IMG/VR virus record: IMGVR_UViG_3300026549_000030 | Location: 160,001-224,000 of that record | Source of the DNA: a virus | Lineage: Duplodnaviria; Caudoviricetes | Strand: one strand, 5' to 3' | DNA: 64,000 nt | Shown here: positions 61,284 through 64,000 of the stretch, piece by piece | Numbering within the stretch: position 1 is the stretch's first letter | Layout: each line of letters begins with the position of its first letter | Program-made: the position numbers and the translations under genes | Notes under the pieces: generated by a model | What the model saw: the letters and a program-made list of their open reading frames with translations, nothing else | Told to the model about the DNA's origin: nothing | The model's database searches: none

Positions 61284-61347
61284 AACATATCAAATATACT
61301 AATAAATATCTAATTAAATCAAAATAAACTAATAAAATTTCACGAAT

Positions 61348-62217
61348 ATGGATACAATGTTACATTTCAACAACGATTCGCTTCACCGTCCTATGACTAA
61401 GGACGAAATCCGTCAGAAGGCTCCCTACATTTTCGCAGAAGGTGCCACCAACCCCGGCGTGTCCGACAGGTACGTTTTCGCCAACACCGAGACGATTATC
61501 GACGATATGGAGAAACTCGGGTGGGACGTGGTAGACTGCAAACAGCAGCGTCCGAACAAGCGCAGCAGTGTGCGAAGCTTCCATATGGTTGCCTTCCAGA
61601 ACAAGAACGTCTATATCACCAAGACGAATGCCGACGGTACTGAGAGCATTGATTGCTTCCCTCGTATCATCCTCACCAACTCACACGACGGATTCAACTC
61701 CTTTAAATTTATGGTAGGACTCTTCCGCCTCGTGTGCTCCAACGGACTCGTGGTTGCCACCGAAACCTTCGCCAACGTCGCAATCAGGCATATCAACTAT
61801 ACCTTCGACGAACTCCGCGAAATCGTCGCCAAGGCAATCTTCAACGTTTCCGACAACATTAAGGTGATGAACGAAATGCAGAACACCGTTCTTACCTATG
61901 AGCAGAAACGCGCTCTCGCTAACGAGGCAATGCGTATCCGCAACAACAGTAGCGACGACGAGGACGAGAAGCCTGTCGAGCTCTCCGACGAGGACGCCGA
62001 GGATATCCTCTCTCCTCTCCGCGAAGAGGACAAGGGCGACGACCTGTGGACAGTGTTCAACCTCCTGCAGGAGAAAATCATCAAGGGCAGCTTCAAAATG
62101 CTCTCCCCCACCAACGGCAAGACGCGTAAAGCACGCCCTATCACGGGAGTCGCTCGTGACATTGAAATCAATCAGGCTCTGTTCCTGTATGCCTCCGAGC
62201 TCCGCCTCGCAGCATAA
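61348..62217 (+). CDS. DUF932/DUF945-family protein
   Basis: SDRY..T, ILTNSHDG, GLFRLVCSNGL, DLWTVFNLLQE. Confidence 0.85.
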   Translation: MDTMLHFNNDSLHRPMTKDEIRQKAPYIFAEGATNPGVSDRYVFANTETIIDDMEKLGWDVVDCKQQRPNKRSSVRSFHMVAFQNKNVYITKTNADGTESIDCFPRIILTNSHDGFNSFKFMVGLFRLVCSNGLVVATETFANVAIRHINYTFDELREIVAKAIFNVSDNIKVMNEMQNTVLTYEQKRALANEAMRIRNNSSDDEDEKPVELSDEDAEDILSPLREEDKGDDLWTVFNLLQEKIIKGSFKMLSPTNGKTRKARPITGVARDIEINQALFLYASELRLAA

Positions 62218-62490
62218 CTCTCTCTACCTCAACCGAATTGGACTGCAGAAATGCAGTCCTTTTTTTTTTTTGTTGCCAAGCTTGCCGGTGTCGCCGCGAA
62301 GGTTTTATTATAGAATGTAGAAGCTGGTGACCCGAGCCTCTCCTCCTGGTGGTCTGCACGCTGTACATTCTATAAAAAAACAGAACAGTTCGCATCCACA
62401 AATAAATTTTCCTGTAAAAAAAAAATCGAAATAAATTTGGATATTAAATTTATTATCCCTATCTTTGCAACGTAATCAAAGAGAAACATT

Positions 62491-62811
62491 ATGAAGACAA
62501 TTACAGTTAAAATCAGTAAGGAAAAGAATTGGGCGGGTAACGAATACCTTATCTATTCTTCCGAACAGCACGGCAAGCTCGCAGAGGTTGACTATCCTAT
62601 CAAGAGCGACCCGTACAGAAAACGTCCGCGTGTTTACGGTACAGAAGAAAACCCTGTCATTATCGAGGGTGCCAACGGTTGCAACTTCGTCGAATTTAGC
62701 GGTGTACCTCAGGCACTGGTTGGTGCCGAAACCCTGTGCAAGGGTATTCTCCATGGACGTGGCTACGAAACTGTAGTCTTCGACTATCCCCGAACCATTA
62801 AAATGAAATAA
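62491..62811 (+). CDS. Early hypothetical protein
   Basis: 106 aa after promoter. Confidence 0.7.
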   Translation: MKTITVKISKEKNWAGNEYLIYSSEQHGKLAEVDYPIKSDPYRKRPRVYGTEENPVIIEGANGCNFVEFSGVPQALVGAETLCKGILHGRGYETVVFDYPRTIKMK

Positions 62812-62812
62812 T

Positions 62813-63016
62813 ATGGCAAAGTTCAGAGTAACGCGCCCCGTAATTGTCACTACCACTGACATTTGGGAAGCAGAAAACGAGCAGGAAATTTGGGACAGGC
62901 TCAACAATAAAAAGTCCCTCGCAGGTGAAATTTCAGAGTTGGGAATCGGAAATGTCCCTGACAGAACTGTCAAATACGAATTCCTCAACGACAAAGTAGA
63001 AAAGTTAAGCAATTAA
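62813..63016 (+). CDS. Small early protein
   Basis: 67 aa. Confidence 0.6.
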   Translation: MAKFRVTRPVIVTTTDIWEAENEQEIWDRLNNKKSLAGEISELGIGNVPDRTVKYEFLNDKVEKLSN

Positions 63017-63028
63017 TTTTCGAATATT

Positions 63029-63448
63029 ATGTGCCTCTACATTAAAAAGGATACCAAGAGAATGCGTGCTGAGAATGACATTCTCGTATACAAGAACCTC
63101 GACTACAGCCGCCGTACCGGGTATTGCACCCCTTATCAGTACATGCGTGTTGAATTCAACGAACTTGGGCGGGCTAAACTCACGAGCAAGATTGAACGCA
63201 TCAAGGGCGTTATCGACAGGGCTATCCACTCGTACTACAACGAAAAGATTGCAAAAGAAACTTCACTCGAGTCTAAGTACGATTACGGCACTCGTACCAA
63301 GCTCGCAGTGATTCCCAAGGGTTCGCTCTACTACATAGGCGACGACGGAGATGTAGCCTCAACGCAGCTTTACATCTTCAAGACAAAGAAAGCCCTTGAC
63401 GAGTGGAAAGAGGGAAGGGATCCGGGATTTGACAAAATTCCTGCATAA
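63029..63448 (+). CDS. Early protein, MCL family paralog 3
   Basis: MCL..VYKNL..TPYQ..AIHSY..AVIPKGS..GDVAS. Confidence 0.75.
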   Translation: MCLYIKKDTKRMRAENDILVYKNLDYSRRTGYCTPYQYMRVEFNELGRAKLTSKIERIKGVIDRAIHSYYNEKIAKETSLESKYDYGTRTKLAVIPKGSLYYIGDDGDVASTQLYIFKTKKALDEWKEGRDPGFDKIPA

Positions 63449-63524
63449 AAATTTGGATATTAAAAATTAATTCCCTATCTTTGCACCCGTAGACTCGAAT
63501 GAGTATATTTTAAAGATTATTAAT

Positions 63525-63785
63525 ATGGAAAAGTTATATTCAGTCAAATTACCCTCAACAGGCAAGTATATACTGTGGTGCGATGAGCACTGGTATGAAA
63601 CCACCCCTGAGCCGTATCCTTTCTTTGAAAAGGAGCAGGCGGAAGCAATTGTCAAGCAGCTTCGGAACCACTACACATACAACGCTGTCGTGGTTGACGC
63701 ACAGGGCAACGAAATCAACAAACCCAAGGTATCTCCCATTAAGGAGTTCACCGAGGAAAAGAAATCATTCTTCAGGAAATTTTAA
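63525..63785 (+). CDS. Early hypothetical protein
   Basis: 86 aa after promoter. Confidence 0.65.
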   Translation: MEKLYSVKLPSTGKYILWCDEHWYETTPEPYPFFEKEQAEAIVKQLRNHYTYNAVVVDAQGNEINKPKVSPIKEFTEEKKSFFRKF

Positions 63786-63806
63786 CAATTAAAAAAATTA
63801 AGCAAT

Positions 63807-64000
63807 ATGGAAACCAACAAGACTACCAAAAAGGACATTTATCAGATTGACCCGCGCAACATCGTCGTGCAGGAAGGCTTCAACTCCCGTGTCGATTTCG
63901 GCGACATTGACGAGCTTGCCTCCCAGATTCGTGAACAGGGCGTTCTGAACCCTATCACCGTCATTCCTTTCACCACGGAAGATGGAGCCGAGAAATATCG
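63807..64000 (+). CDS. ParB/Srx N-terminal domain protein, truncated by window end
   Basis: Hand translation: IDPRNI..FNSR..IDELASQIREQGVLNPITV. Confidence 0.75.
   Translation, partial: METNKTTKKDIYQIDPRNIVVQEGFNSRVDFGDIDELASQIREQGVLNPITVIPFTTEDGAEKY

Larger units (their letters stand above)
41884..62403. repeat. Dispersed array of 34 copies of a 40-bp bipartite motif ACTTGCNNRTGCG-N11-TATTTTAARGAATATA
   Basis: + copies start at 42220, 43083, 43748, 44409, 44535, 45318, 45543, 46855, 47668, 48400, 49150, 49891, 51008, 52685, 54598, 58122, 60023, 62280; - copies (leftmost base) at 41884, 42105, 42980, 43880, 44315, 45222, 45451, 46759, 47792, 48500, 49983, 52777, 54701, 57073, 58216, 62364; all intergenic. 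Confidence 0.92.
42341..63483 (+). promoter_or_regulatory. About 25 Bacteroidota sigma-A type promoters (TTTG-N20-TAnnTTTG) heading the early gene units
   Basis: -7 boxes at 42365, 43231, 43983, 44673, 45736, 46970, 47886 (TAnnTTTA variant), 48586, 49265, 50076, 51154, 51759, 52053, 52872, 53452, 53958, 54805, 55471, 57159, 57672, 58309, 59226, 60149, 62460, 63476. Confidence 0.85.

Noticed and set aside
41884-62403. 40-bp repeats as a CRISPR array
   Set aside because: Copies are in both orientations, degenerate, internally gapped and separated by genes; no cas genes seen
41884-62403. Repeats as integron attC or Xer dif sites
   Set aside because: No RYYYAAC/GTTRRRY ends and no integrase in the window; similarity to the XerD arm is only partial and there is no 11-6-11 dif layout
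1-64000. Stop-codon recoding as in Lak or some crAss-like phages
   Set aside because: Conserved genes are full length in code 11 and TAG ends several genes just before terminators or the next gene
1-64000. tRNA or rRNA genes
   Set aside because: No cloverleaf or rRNA-like segment recognised by eye; tRNAscan/ARAGORN not run

Overview
This window is a segment of a large (jumbo-type) tailed-phage genome in the standard genetic code, most likely infecting Bacteroidota: about 25 TTTG-N20-TAnnTTTG promoters are present. It has two halves. 1-41.6 kb has mixed gene orientation. It carries middle/metabolic genes: SF1 helicase, ClpX, ClpC/B-like ATPase, RfbB, RfbC, Ugd, two DNA methyltransferases, a CCA-adding enzyme, two further Pol-beta nucleotidyltransferases and a vWA + PurA-like operon. 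It also carries putative late genes, many preceded by TATTTAT and about 15 sharing an I-x-E-x-Q-L...L-x-E peptide tag that may be a capsid-loading/prohead-protease signal. A palindrome- and G-tract-rich non-coding boundary lies at 41.64-41.84 kb. 41.9-64 kb is an almost entirely + strand early region of small genes in promoter-gene(s)-terminator units, including a sigma70-type factor, SSB, DUF932 and a ParB-like gene. The standout signal is 34 intergenic copies of a 40-bp bipartite motif, ACTTGCNNRTGCG-N11-TATTTTAARGAATATA. The spacer is always 11 bp, the copies occur in both orientations, mostly as inverted pairs at roughly helically phased distances, and they are densest next to the boundary and around the sigma gene. 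All annotations come from motif reading by eye; no database searches were run.
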